From Pecten maximus (Eukaryota): a stretch of 64,000 nt of DNA. The position numbers and the translations under genes were made by a program. This document shows, one piece after another, positions 37,201 to 51,500 of this stretch. Position 1 is the stretch's first letter. Each line of letters starts with the position of its first letter. The DNA lies in the NCBI RefSeq assembly GCF_902652985.1, contig NC_047032.1, positions 28,086,001 to 28,150,000 on the forward strand. The letters are read 5' to 3'. A model generated the notes under the pieces. It did not search any database. It was given only the letters and a program-made list of their open reading frames with translations, and was not told where the DNA came from.

Positions 37201-40054
37201 TAATGCAGTGTTTTTCCTGGCTGAATTAGGAAAAATTTACACGTTACTTATGTTATGCTTATAATTGTTTCATGTCTATTGAGTGTCATGCTTATATTAT
37301 ATATAATTAGCTGCTTTACAATGCAGTGTAAATTCTAGATTTATATGATGGCATATGCCAATTTCGACCATTAACCTTTCTTCTCACGTATTTTGTGTCA
37401 TATTTGCCATTATATTTTCCTGTGTTTTTAGATTTTTTTGTATCACAGACACTGATGGGAATTTTTAATTTCTTTTTGAGAAAAATTGTCTTGTGCATCC
37501 AGTTATATAGACAGGAAAAACACTGTTACCGTAGTAATGATAAGTATTTCAGTTGAAAAAACTACAATATCATACTATGCAGTACAGAAGATGAAAAATA
37601 CATGGCAGTGTTTGATTGAATCACAGTGTTACAATCATATTGCATTTTTATCATAGCCATGTTAAAATGACTCATTAAACAGTGTAGAAAACACTAGAAA
37701 TCTGTCAATTGATACAATTTTCTCTGTGTGAACAGAACAAGATCTGGTGTGTAAAGTGAATCGCCTAAATTCATTGAAGTAACTTACTGTCAGATCAATG
37801 CCTTTCTGCCTGGCAAGTTCCCTCGCTAGGGGCGAGGCTTGCACCTTACCCCCAGGTGCAGCCATAGCAGCAGGGGCCTGAGGTGGGGTAAACACAGGGG
37901 CTGGGGTAGGTGGAGCAACCACAGGGGCTGCTGCTGGTGGGGGTGGTGGGGGTGCTGGTGTAGGGGTGGGGGCAGCAGCTGTTGATGGAGGTGCATCCTC
38001 CTCTGTCTCTACATAATTGGCAAATGCTGCAATGTCCCCTTCCTCCTCCACAATGATACACAACAACTGTGGATACAGATATTATAAACATTTATAGCTG
38101 GTCACATTAATATGTTAAATATACAGTTGTTTTATATTAGTATAGGACCAAATAACCACGAGATTCATATCATCCACACACTATTTACAATTCACTTTAA
38201 ATATATAAACTTGCAATTGTCATTTGAACTAACCTATGCAGTTTCAAAGGAAAATAGTCGTTAAGTCTCAATAGTTCAATAGATTAAACTCTATGACCCT
38301 ACATCTAAATCATGATAATAGTAGCGGCATACATTTGTATATACATATACATGTAGTCCAAAAAAAAACTACCCAAGTGCCAGAAATGAATGCTTCTTTA
38401 TCTGAATTTATTGAAACCTTAGATATTTCATAGGTTTTCTACTGGGGTGCTTGTGTATTCTATAGTTTTCAAAATGATAGAAGAATCCTTTGAACGTTTT
38501 AATATATTCTGTAAGGATGCATGTTGAGTCAGAGGTTTCATTCATTCAGTCATTTGAAGTTTGATGTTTGTTGGCCTTGCTTTACCTTGCCCACAGGGAT
38601 GTCCTTAGTTCCTGCTGACAGGAAGATTCGTGCAAGGTAACCTTCCTCAACAGATTCGAACCCCATGGTGGCTTTATCAGTTTCTATCTCAGCCAGAAGG
38701 TCCCCCTCCACTACCCGATCTCCCTCGGACTTCTGCCAGTTTACAATGGTGCCTGCCTCCATAGTGGGTGATAACGCTGGCAGACTGATTTTGTAGTGTG
38801 TTGGCAAATCTGCGCTGTAAAACCTCTTTAGAGAGCATACTGGCTTTTGGCGAAACAACTGTTGATGTCTTGTGCTCACATCATCAGTAGATTTTCTGAA
38901 GAGCGTAAAGTATATAAAGGATATTGATTTCCTGTTTAATATAACATATATTTCACGAGTATGGCAGAATATTGATATTTTCATGAGTGCGAAGCATAAG
39001 TGGAAAATATTGAAATATTCTGTCATACAAAATCAAAAACAGTGAAAAATTACTGATAAAAAGTACGGAAATCAATTATATAATTGATGACTTCATCTCT
39101 TTGTGATGTTACTCCACGTCAACTTGTCTGCGCCATTTTGAAAGGACTGATCAACGCAATTCAAGCGTTTTCTACTACTGTTATCAGAGAATGTGTGCAT
39201 GAATAGCTAACGTCAAGTTAGAACGAATATTCATACCCTGCCTACACTGCTCTCCAGCGACCATCTGTCAGAAATTGTCCGTCCGTCGTCCAGAGCTATG
39301 CTATCGCAGCTAACGTCAAGTGATCAATGAGTATTTTGTCAAAAAGTTAAAACAAAACTAGTCTGAATATTTCAGAAATACAGCAAAATAACCAATTCAT
39401 CCATCTTTGCTTCGGTTGGAAAAACGGGCAAGATTCAATGAGGTGAATACAAAGGTTTGCTCTGATTGGTCAAAAAACGAAAACCTGATATTTTCACTGC
39501 GCATGCAAAACTTATATTTTCATTGCAAAATCTTATATTTTCACTATTCATCGCTGCAGTGAAAATATAAGCTTTATTACTTTGATAATTTTCTATATTT
39601 CATACGTCATATTTATAAAACGAGAATCAGGAATATAATGCAATATCTAATCAAAACGGGAAGAAAATTGGTTGGGATTGGACACAGTGGAAGGCAATCG
39701 GACAGATACAATGTATAAGTTATACGTTATTCTAATATGGCACATGTTGTCATCATGTCATGACATCGACAATATAGTATAACAATCTCTTCCATGAGAA
39801 GCATTTTATAAAACTGACATTCTATTTAACTATCTAAAAACTGACGATATACATATCTTGAGTATATGTGTGAGGAAGGTCGATTAAGCTAAGGGGCCGG
39901 ATGACTGGGGGAGGGGGTATGTACCGGTATGTGTATACCTTATTCTGTGCCAGGTTTGCAGTCGGCTACTTCGGCTACTGATGCATCGGACCGCATGTCT
40001 GTTGGACTGACTACATCGAAGGAAAATACGGGCGATCTGTGGAGGACGATACAT
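25293..40054 (-). CDS. DLAT: Dihydrolipoamide S-acetyltransferase, E2 of the mitochondrial pyruvate dehydrogenase complex (503 aa); exons 40054-39939, 38895-38586, 38066-37788, 37006-36860, 36085-36000, 35618-35478, 28242-28161, 27609-27529, 26515-26441, 25998-25934, 25422-25293
   Basis: Arg/Ser-rich transit peptide ([19 protein letters not shown]..). One lipoyl domain ([11 protein letters not shown]...[10 protein letters not shown]). Pro/Ala linker, then an E3-binding domain ([20 protein letters not shown]). Catalytic domain ([50 protein letters not shown]). All junctions are GT-AG and phases sum to 1512 nt. Confidence 0.96.
26733..27553 (-). repeat. 44-bp tandem array made of the DLAT exon-8 3' end plus donor site; 19 donor copies including the authentic one
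   Basis: Transcript-strand unit GTAGGTAGTTACCATAG-GACAAGCTTCAACCACAGGAGTTCCAG. Donors occur every 44 bp from 27528 down to 26736. Confidence 0.95.
28219..28332 (-). repeat. 57-bp tandem duplication spanning the DLAT exon-7 splice acceptor
   Basis: acattaacatctactgcattgtacctatagagaacaacaacagaagttaacacacac occurs twice, giving identical acceptors at 28242 and 28299. Confidence 0.92.
29258..35468. repeat. 38-bp minisatellite (tgactgtaggatatgagaggtcagtgatattttgtata), ~135 copies, in DLAT intron 6, interrupted by a MITE
   Basis: Period 38, with gaggtca/gggatca and tata/tatt variants. It ends ~10 bp from the exon-6 donor. Confidence 0.97.
29730..30810. mobile_element. Non-autonomous Tc1/mariner-pogo-type DNA transposon (1081 bp) with TA target-site duplication
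   Basis: 24-bp TIRs cagagcaacccgcttatttgcata / tatgcaaataagtgggctcctctg (3 mismatches). TA at 29728-29729 and 30811-30812. Subterminal tatgcaaataa repeats. The satellite resumes in phase on both sides. No transposase ORF. Confidence 0.9.
37206..37524. mobile_element. MITE with cagtg termini (hAT-like), DLAT intron 3
   Basis: Perfect 14-bp inverted termini cagtgtttttcctg / caggaaaaacactg. No clear TSD. Confidence 0.6.
39219..39307. mobile_element. 89-bp insertion flanked by 14-bp direct repeats
   Basis: agctaacgtcaagt at 39205-39218 and 39308-39321. Confidence 0.65.
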
Positions 40055-40384
40055 TATAACCTCGGAGCAACGTGCCCCAATGTCAGCACCAATGTCAACT
40101 TTTACAAAAAGATTGACTTCTCTATTTAGTTTCGTATTTATTCACAATAAGGTATATAACATATTATTTTTGATGGAACCATGTTTTGTAAATAACACAA
40201 TGTTTTAACAGTACACAAATTTATCATTTTATAAAAAAAATATTTATACGAAACTAACTGTATTCTTTAAGTTAACGCGAGATTCTCGTCTCCATGGTTT
40301 TGATTACAAATGGCTGCTCCCATGGCCTGAATTGAAATATTGAAGTTCGTCTTAATTTAGAGCTTCATATATATAGTTTCAGTC
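40055..40384. promoter_or_regulatory. Putative bidirectional promoter of DLAT and MORN2
   Basis: The divergent ATGs (40054 and 40385) are only 330 bp apart. A YY1-like aaatggctgc lies at ~40308. Confidence 0.65.
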
Positions 40385-43096
<2,712 letters not shown>

Positions 43097-45037
43097 ATAA
43101 TCATTACAAGAATACCATAATGAACAAGCATTAAGTCATCATGGATTGTATGTCCTGATTGAGAAAGCATCTTGGAGTATAGAACCTGCTATGTGATAGT
43201 GAACAAGGGGGAAAACATCATTTGTCTGAATTTGTCACTGTGAAATCCAAGTGAGTGTACAGGATTTAGTACTGACTATCTCAACACTTTATTGACACTG
43301 TTGCTGCTGTCATATATGGAATACATTCATATTACTTTCACCGTGTGATAATGGTTAATTTGGTGGGAATAATTTATTGCTGTAGTCAACAACATGATAA
43401 TGCAGTAAAATGCAGTCAGCATTAAGCATTTTAAGTAGATCCAAAGATTACATTCCATGGTAAAACATTAAGGTTTAAATTATTATTTCAACTTATAATA
43501 TATATCAACTACATGTGTACCAAGTATTTGTTCTCTCTTTTAATTTGTCTTTGACAATGATTAGATATGCATTAAGTGTATTGATAAAAAGCTAAAAACA
43601 AAATATTTAAACCAAATAAAGTTTAGTTCAAATCTCGTCCCATATTACATCTGTCCCATCCCATTCTGAATCAATGTCATGTCACAACTTCATTGTGACA
43701 GATTTCAATAAAACATGATACAATACACAAACTTAAAGTGAGTACATACATCTGTATATATCTTTAAAAAAAAAAAAAAAGCTTTTGATATTATTTGAGG
43801 GTTCATAGATTATATATGACCAATACTGCTTTTAATGTTTATAGAAATAAAGTAAATTGTATATCAATTAGTTCAAGGACATTATTAATAATAATTATCA
43901 ACTTATTTTCTCAACTGCTAACAGTAATTAGATAAAGTGTTATACTATAGGTCAATGGGTATGATACCAGGAACTGATTCAAAGCCAAGGTCAATTCATA
44001 GAAATTCATTTCTTAAATAATGATATTAATTTTTCATTAGATGTTCTTATTTGTATCTAATAATTTCCAATTTTCAGATTTGATTATAAATTATGAAGTA
44101 TTGCATTTCGATATGCAAAACAATATGATACAAAAAGCATGTATACAAATATGTAAGTCACAAATAAAGTTTTATTTGTAAAATTAAACAATTTTAACTT
44201 TGAATTTCACAATTTTATTAGCGTGATGTATTATTTCCACGTCACAATCGATGTGATTTCAATTCCCGTTCCTATCTTAAAGTTATGAAATTATGTTTTG
44301 AAAGCCATTGTTTGACATTAAGAGTTGTCCCCCCTCGTGTGTATAGTTTGGATGGGGATAATTATGCATAACAATGTGGAGATTTAACATTGGCCAGAGT
44401 ATTGTTTAACTTCACGAAACGTAATTACATACATGTACATTTGTACTATGATATCAAAATCCTTGATAAAGATAAATTTTTCATTAAAGGCCACTGCTAT
44501 AATGCTTTGGAATAAAGAGGTTAAAAAAGTGTACAAATTGTTCAAATGGAATGCTTTCATTTTCAATTCCAAAGTCATGGAACACAATAATCAATATTCA
44601 ATCACAATTGCTTTGATGTTATACTGAAATTAGATGTCAGAGCTGATTTCAAATTCCACTCGGAATCCACCAATTGTCACTTATACTGTTCACATGGTAT
44701 GGTACAAAAGACAATTCAAATACCTCCCCTCCACCTATTCTGTAGTTATAAGAAATCCTTTCCAGGAACAATAACAGAAGGCTGCGAGCCCTAAAAGGCT
44801 TTGTCCAAGAATGAAGATTAGGCACGGGGCTTACACAGCTTCCGTAAATACCGTATATCCACAGGGTCGGAAATGCAACACTGTAGACTAGAGTCCTAAA
44901 GAATCTATAGGACACAAATAAATAATGTTAAAGTGCTTGATCCTCTAGCCTGCATTGTAACTGACCACCGTAACTGACTATCGTCCAGTTCGGGGTCCGG
45001 CTTCATCAACCTTTCTTAAGTTATGGAAATTCCTTAA

Positions 45038-45398
45038 AGGGGCATTCCTTCGTTCGGACATCAGAAACATGCACCATGTCTATTGATGAAATCTATTTCC
45101 GAATGATGATTATATGAAAGTGTGTGCCTACAAGTAATGACATTAACGCTGAATTGTACAAAAAAAAGATGTATCGTATACAAATACCGTATGTCTTTGC
45201 GATAATTAGTAATTCTTCCGGTCGAGTTAAGAATTTTCAGGACTTAATACTCGAAGAACTTTGGGTTATCTTGAGAGTAAAGCTGCCTTATTAATGTCAA
45301 GATTATAAATTTTACTACTTGGAAAAAATACATATTTTCCAGTAAGTCTAATTTTGACGACCTTAAATTAACCGTTATCCAAACGAAGGAATGTATAT
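45038..45398 (+). mobile_element. TTAA-flanked MITE (Kolobok-like), copy 1, nested inside an older inverted-repeat element (~44992-45540)
   Basis: ttaa-aggggcattccttcgtt...aacgaaggaatg..ttaa. The body is clearly homologous to 59249-59612. Outer arms ttcatcaa..ttaagtta.ggaa.ttccttaa / ttccttaactaaagg..ttgatgaa. Confidence 0.75.
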
Positions 45399-46414
45399 TT
45401 AACTTTTTATCAATAGGAAAATATTACAGACATTAAGGGGAAATCTTAGCTAAGGAACTTTTCCTTAATTCTGTTATGCTTTTTTATGGAAGATTTTAAG
45501 TTAAGGAGTTTCCTTAACTAAAGGAATATTGATGAATCTTTGGCAAAGTAGATGGTTCATTTCACCTGAAGGGACACCTGAGAGGGGGGGGGGGGGGGGG
45601 GGGGACGTGAGAAAAGAAAGGGTCCTCATGAGAAAAGATTGATAAAGACACTTATCGAGCCATATTGGTGTAAGAAGTAAGAACTGTCAAAGTTAATCCA
45701 AACCATAATGCTGGACTGTTGACTCTAACATGGGTATAATAAACTTTAAAACTGGGAAAGCAACATAGGACAGGGTCGACTCGTGTTCTGCCGAGAGCTG
45801 CTGAAAGCAGGAAAGAAAACAAGGAGGACGACCAGAAATCCCTAAGTTTGGAATGAAACCGTAAACAAGCAATTAAAGATAGTTGGAGATGCTATCGGAT
45901 TTGTAAGACTGGCTGTTGCTGAAAAGCGTCAAAGAGACCGATGGCTCATATATAATAAGCATTGTCATCTGTTTTAGGCATGTTGAATCAACGAGAGCTT
46001 CGGGACGACACTCATCGGCGAAGGGGGTAACGTGAAGGTTCATATTTAGATAAGAACTTCTTCAACTGCATAGTCCCATATACCTACCTTTTGTGGCAGT
46101 GAGTTTGAGTGTCTATGTACCGAAGTTTAGTTTAAATCATGCCAAGGGCTCCGCTTCTGTGTTGGTCATATCAACTCTTGCCACGTCTACTGAGTCATCG
46201 GCACGATTGAGCATGCTCCACATTGATTAAAACAATTACTAAGTATAACACATATCATAGCTTGATATATATATTTATATATAGTCTTGGACTATCAAGC
46301 ATACATTTTCAATATATTTCTAAGTATATCAGAACCATGAAGTTGCGTATAGTTGACAGTTCATAACTGCGTTGTGTACCATGACAGCTACAAATAAAAG
46401 AATACTTCAAATAC

Positions 46415-46480
46415 TAAGTTAACATCCGTCCATGTAAAGTTTGGATGGGCGACCGCTCCGTTGTTCTCCCGGTGCATGTT
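46415..46480 (+). mobile_element. Possible 5S rRNA-derived SINE head remnant
   Basis: aagttaa...ttggatgggcgaccgc...ccggtgc resembles the 5S internal control region (aagctaa...ttggatgggagaccgc...cgggtgc). Too degenerate to be a 5S gene. Confidence 0.4.
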
Positions 46481-47841
46481 ACACAGGAAGAAGGCCAGGA
46501 TGCGCTAATTGGCAGAAAGAATAGAACAATAGGCATACATAGGGGTAAGCTGGTATAGGACACAACGTACTACTGTTACAGCTCACAGGTACAAATGTAC
46601 TTGGGGTCAGGAACTAAAGTTATTATGGAATTGTCTAATTTTAATTTGTAACATCATTTCATGTCTATTTATGCACCGATACAACAGGAACTACGAAAGG
46701 CACAGAGCTTCGGTGTCGACTCAATTGCTGAACTGTGTGCGCTGCATATTCTTTGAGCTTATAAACTTTATGAGTGATTACTCAAGGCTGTTTCAAAAAC
46801 AAGGAAACCCGAAGATATTCAGGGGTTAACTACGGTTCGTCCTGTTTGTAGCTGTCATCACCAACGTTATTATAATTAAGGGTAATTTTTCAATATGGTG
46901 CAAATACCAGACTGCCTAGATCTGTGGAGTGAACGATTGCACACAGAAAGCTCAAAATTACCCCTACGGAAGCCTAAAAACTGGTTAAAAGAGGTAAGAC
47001 AGATCCTATTTAAATACAGTTGGCCAGGCCCACTGCTTTTCACCAGAAACCACATACGCCTTCAAATTAGAAATGGGAATTTCGGGACAGACAAAATAAG
47101 TGAAGTGCAGATTTATACAGTATATGTTCTGCTCAATCTTGGCATCTCCGGTTTATATCAAGTCTCACCGTACCACACAGGCCCTGTCGATCACCAGGTC
47201 CGGTAATACCTGATACCTCACTTAGCTACACAGAAGGCTAAAAGCTGAAGCTTCGTCCAGGTTCCTAGTGGAATTCTACTGATAAATAAGAAGAAAATCC
47301 CGCCGACTTCCGATCCGTCTTTCGCAAACTCTACGGCTGAATGGAGACGCAATAACTGAAGCCAATCATGCAGACATTTATGTAGAAGCATATTGAATCC
47401 CGGACCAGTAGAAATCCAGTTGCCAATGTAACTTATTATTGACAGCATTAAGGATTTGAGAGTGTAATTGTCGAGTAATTAAACTTTCACTCGCTTCAGT
47501 TGTATTACCAATTGCACTCACTATAGATGCAACCGGTATTTTGTTCCGACAACACGTGCTGATTTCATACCGAAGGTGATTTCCGCATTCGGTGGCAGTG
47601 GCTGTGGACAATATGATCCTACAGTAGCTGTGATTAACAGAATACCTGTAAACTGTACTGCGCTTGTTAATCGATTAGGACTGTAAGTAACAAGTCGGTG
47701 CACACACAAAACTTGCTACCACTCTGAACAGAGTTTATTTTACATAGGATGGAACTAAAAGCTAAAAGAAGAGATCAAATATAGATATTGCATTAGTGAT
47801 TGACCATTTCAACTATATGTATTTACCCTAGACTACACAAT

Positions 47842-47945
47842 GGGTCGCGATACCTAGCTCTGTTGAAGATCCGAGGTGCTTGGTTCGATACCCATTACCG
47901 AGAGTGGCACAAAATCATATTTAATCTGGTTTTCATACGACAGTG
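47842..47945 (+). mobile_element. tRNA-derived SINE head remnant
   Basis: B-box-like ggttcgatacc at ~47882 within a GC-richer patch. No intact cloverleaf. Confidence 0.4.
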
Positions 47946-48044
47946 TCAGCTCGTGTATACATACTAAATTATCAAAATGCGTCATCAAAAACAAAATGGG
48001 ACTATATGTAAATTGTAATGGGTTGATCTTAACTAGATAGTAGA

Positions 48045-48530
48045 AGCATAAGACCCTGAAGCTAACTAGAACATAAAACCCCGACACTTAGTAGGAGCTT
48101 CAAACCCTCAAGCTAACTAGAACATAAAACCCTGACACTTAGCAGGAGCTTCAAACCCTGAAGCTAACTAGAACATAAAACCCTGACACTTAGTAGGAGC
48201 TTCAAACCCTGAAGCTAACTAGAACATAAAACCCTGACACTTAGTAGGAGCTCAAACCCTGAAGCTAACTAGGACATAAAACTCTGAAACTTAGTAGGAG
48301 CTTCAAACACTGAAGCTAACTAGAACATAAAACCCTGACACTTAGTAGGAGCTTCAAACCCTGAAGCTAACTAGAACATAAAACCCTGACACTTAGTAGG
48401 AGCTTCAAACCCTGAAGCTAACTAGGACATAAAACTCTGACCCTTAGTAGGAGCTTCAAACCCTGAAGCTAACTAGAACATAAAACTCTGACGATTTGTA
48501 GGAGCATCAAACCCTGAAGCTAAGTAGAAC
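48045..48530. repeat. 51-bp tandem repeat, ~9 copies (dimer of diverged 25/26-bp monomers)
   Basis: Unit ccctgaagctaactagaacataaaa-ccctgacacttagtaggagcttcaaa; period 51. Confidence 0.93.
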
Positions 48531-48562
48531 ATCAGCCATCTGACTCTAACAGGGACTCTGTA

Positions 48563-51500
48563 ACTCTGACGCTAACTAGAACATCCAACTTTGACGCTAA
48601 CTAGAACATCCAACTCTGACGCTAACTAGAACATCCAACTTTGACGCTAACTAGAACATCCAACTCTGATGCTAACTAGTACATCCAACTCTGACGTTAA
48701 CTAGAACATCCCAATCTGACGCTAACTAGAACATCCAACTCTGATGCTAACTAGAACATCCAACTCTGACGCTAACAAGAACATCCAATTCTTATGCTAA
48801 CTAGAATATCCATCTCTGATGCAAACTAGAACATCCAACTCTGACGCTAACGAGAACATCCAACTCTGACGCTAACTAGAATATCCATCTCTGATGCTAA
48901 CAAGAACATCCAACTCTGACACTAACTAGAACATCCAACTCTGACGCTAACAAGAACATCAAATTCTTATGCTAACTAGAACATCCAACTCTGACGCTAA
49001 CAAGAACATCCAACTCTGATGCTAACTAGAACATCCAACTCTGACGCTTACTAGAACATCCAACTCTGACGCTAACTAGAATATCCATCTCTGATGCTTA
49101 CAAGAACATCCAACTCTGACGCTTACTACAACATCCAACTCTGATGCTAACAAGAACATCCAACTTTGACGCTTACTAGAATATCCAATCTTTATGCTAA
49201 ATAGAACATCCAACTCTGACTCTAACAAGAACATCAAACTCTAACGCTAACTAGAACACCCAGCTCTGGCGCTGACAAAAACATCCAACTCTGACTCTAA
49301 CTAGAATATTAAACTCTGATGCTAACTAGAACATCCAACTCTAACGCTAACTAGTACATCCAACTCTGATGCTAACTAGAACATCCAACTCTGACGCTAA
49401 CTAGAACATCCAACTCTGATGCTAACTAGAACATCCATCTCTAACGCTAACTAGTACATCCAACTCTGATGCTAACTAGAATATCCAATTCTTATGCTAA
49501 CTACAACATCCAACTCTAACGCTAACTAGAATATTCAACTCAGATGCTAACTAGTACATCCGACTCTAACGCTAACTAGAATATCCAACTCTGATGCTAA
49601 CGAGAACATCCAACTCTGACGCTAACAAGAACATCCAATTCTTATGCTAACTAGAACATCCAACTCTGATGCTAACTAGAACATCCAACTCTGATGCTAA
49701 CTAGAACATCCATCTCTAACGCTAACTAGTACATCCAACTCTGATGCTAACTAGAATATCCAATTCTTATGCTAACTACAACATCCAACTCTAACGCTAA
49801 CTAGAATATTCAACTCAGATGCTAACTAGTACATCCGACGCTAACGCTAACTAGAATATCCAACTCTGATGCTAACTAGAATATCCAATTCTTATGCTAA
49901 CTAGAACACCCAACTCTGATGCTAACTAGAACATCCAACTCTGATGCTAACTAGAACATTCAACTCTGACGCTAACAAGAACATCCAATTCTTATGCTAA
50001 CTAGAACATCCAAATCTGACGCTAACTAGAACATCCAAATCTGACGCTAACCAGAACATCCAACTCTGACGCTAACAAGAACATCCAATTCTTATGCTAA
50101 CTAGAATATCCATCTCTGATGCAAACTAGAACATCCAACTCTGACGCTAACGAGAACATCCAACTCTGACGCTAACTAGAATATCCATCTCTGATGCTAA
50201 CAAGAACATCCAACTCTGACGCTAACAAGAACATCCAATTTTTATGCTAACTAGAACATCCAACTCTGACGCTAACTAGAACATCCAACTCTGATGCTAA
50301 CTAGAACATCCAACTCTGATGCTAACTAGAACATCCAACTCTGACGCTAACTAGAACATCCAACTCTGACGCTAACTAGAATATCCATCTCTGATGCTAA
50401 CAAGAACATCCAACTCTGACGCTTACTACAACATCCAACTCTGATGCTAACAAGAACATCCAACTCTGACGCTTACTAGAATATCCAATCTTTATGCTAA
50501 ATAGAACATCCAACTCTGACTCTAACAAGAACATCAAACTCTAACGCTGACTAGAACACCCAGCTCTGGCGCTGACAAAAAACATCCAACTCTGACTCTA
50601 ACTAGAATATTAAACTCTGATGCTAACTAGAACATCCAACTCTAACGCTAACTAGTACATCCAACTCTGATGCTAACTAGAACATCCAACTCTGATGCTA
50701 ACTAGAACATCCAACTCTGATGCTAACTAGAACATCCATCTCTAACGCTAACTAGTACATCCAACTCTGATGCTAACTAGTACATCCAACTCTGATGCTA
50801 ACTAAAACATCCAACTCTGATGCTAACTAGAACATCCAACTCTGATGCTAACTAGAACATCCATCTCTAACGCTAACTAGTACATCCAACTCTGACGCTA
50901 ACAAGAACATCCAATTCTTATGCTAACTAGAATATCCATCTCTGATGCAAACTAGAACATCCAACTCTGACGCTAACGAGAACATCCAACTCTGACGCTA
51001 ACTAGAATATCCATCTCTGATGCTAACTAGAACATCCAACTCTGACGCTTACTAGAACATCCAACTCTGACGCTAACTAGAATATCCATCTCTGATGCTT
51101 ACAAGAACATCCAACTCTGACGCTTACTACAACATCCAACTCTGATGCTAACAAGAACATCCAACTTTGACGCTTACTAGAATATCCAATCTTTATGCTA
51201 AATAGAACATCCAACTCTGACTCTAACAAGAACATCAAACTCTAACGCTAACTAGAACACCCAGCTCTGGCGCTGACAAAAACATCCAACTCTGACTCTA
51301 ACTAGAATATTAAACTCTGATGCTAACTAGAACATCCAACTCTAACGCTAACTAGTACATCCAACTCTGATGCTAACTAGAACATCCAACTCTGACGCTA
51401 ACTAGAACATCCAACTCTGATGCTAACTAGAACATCCATCTCTAACGCTAACTAGTACATCCAACTCTGATGCTAACTAGAATATCCAATTCTTATGCTA

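Noticed and set aside
37788-38895. Single lipoyl domain in DLAT as a novelty (human has two)
   Set aside because: One-lipoyl E2 proteins of ~500 aa are common in invertebrates and fungi.
38935-39575. Promoter-like motif cluster (cgccatttt, attgg, tgcgcatgc) and the N-terminal part of ORF 38550-39026 as the DLAT start
   Set aside because: A better first exon with a transit peptide and matching phase exists at 40054-39939. This segment looks like an interspersed repeat remnant in intron 1.
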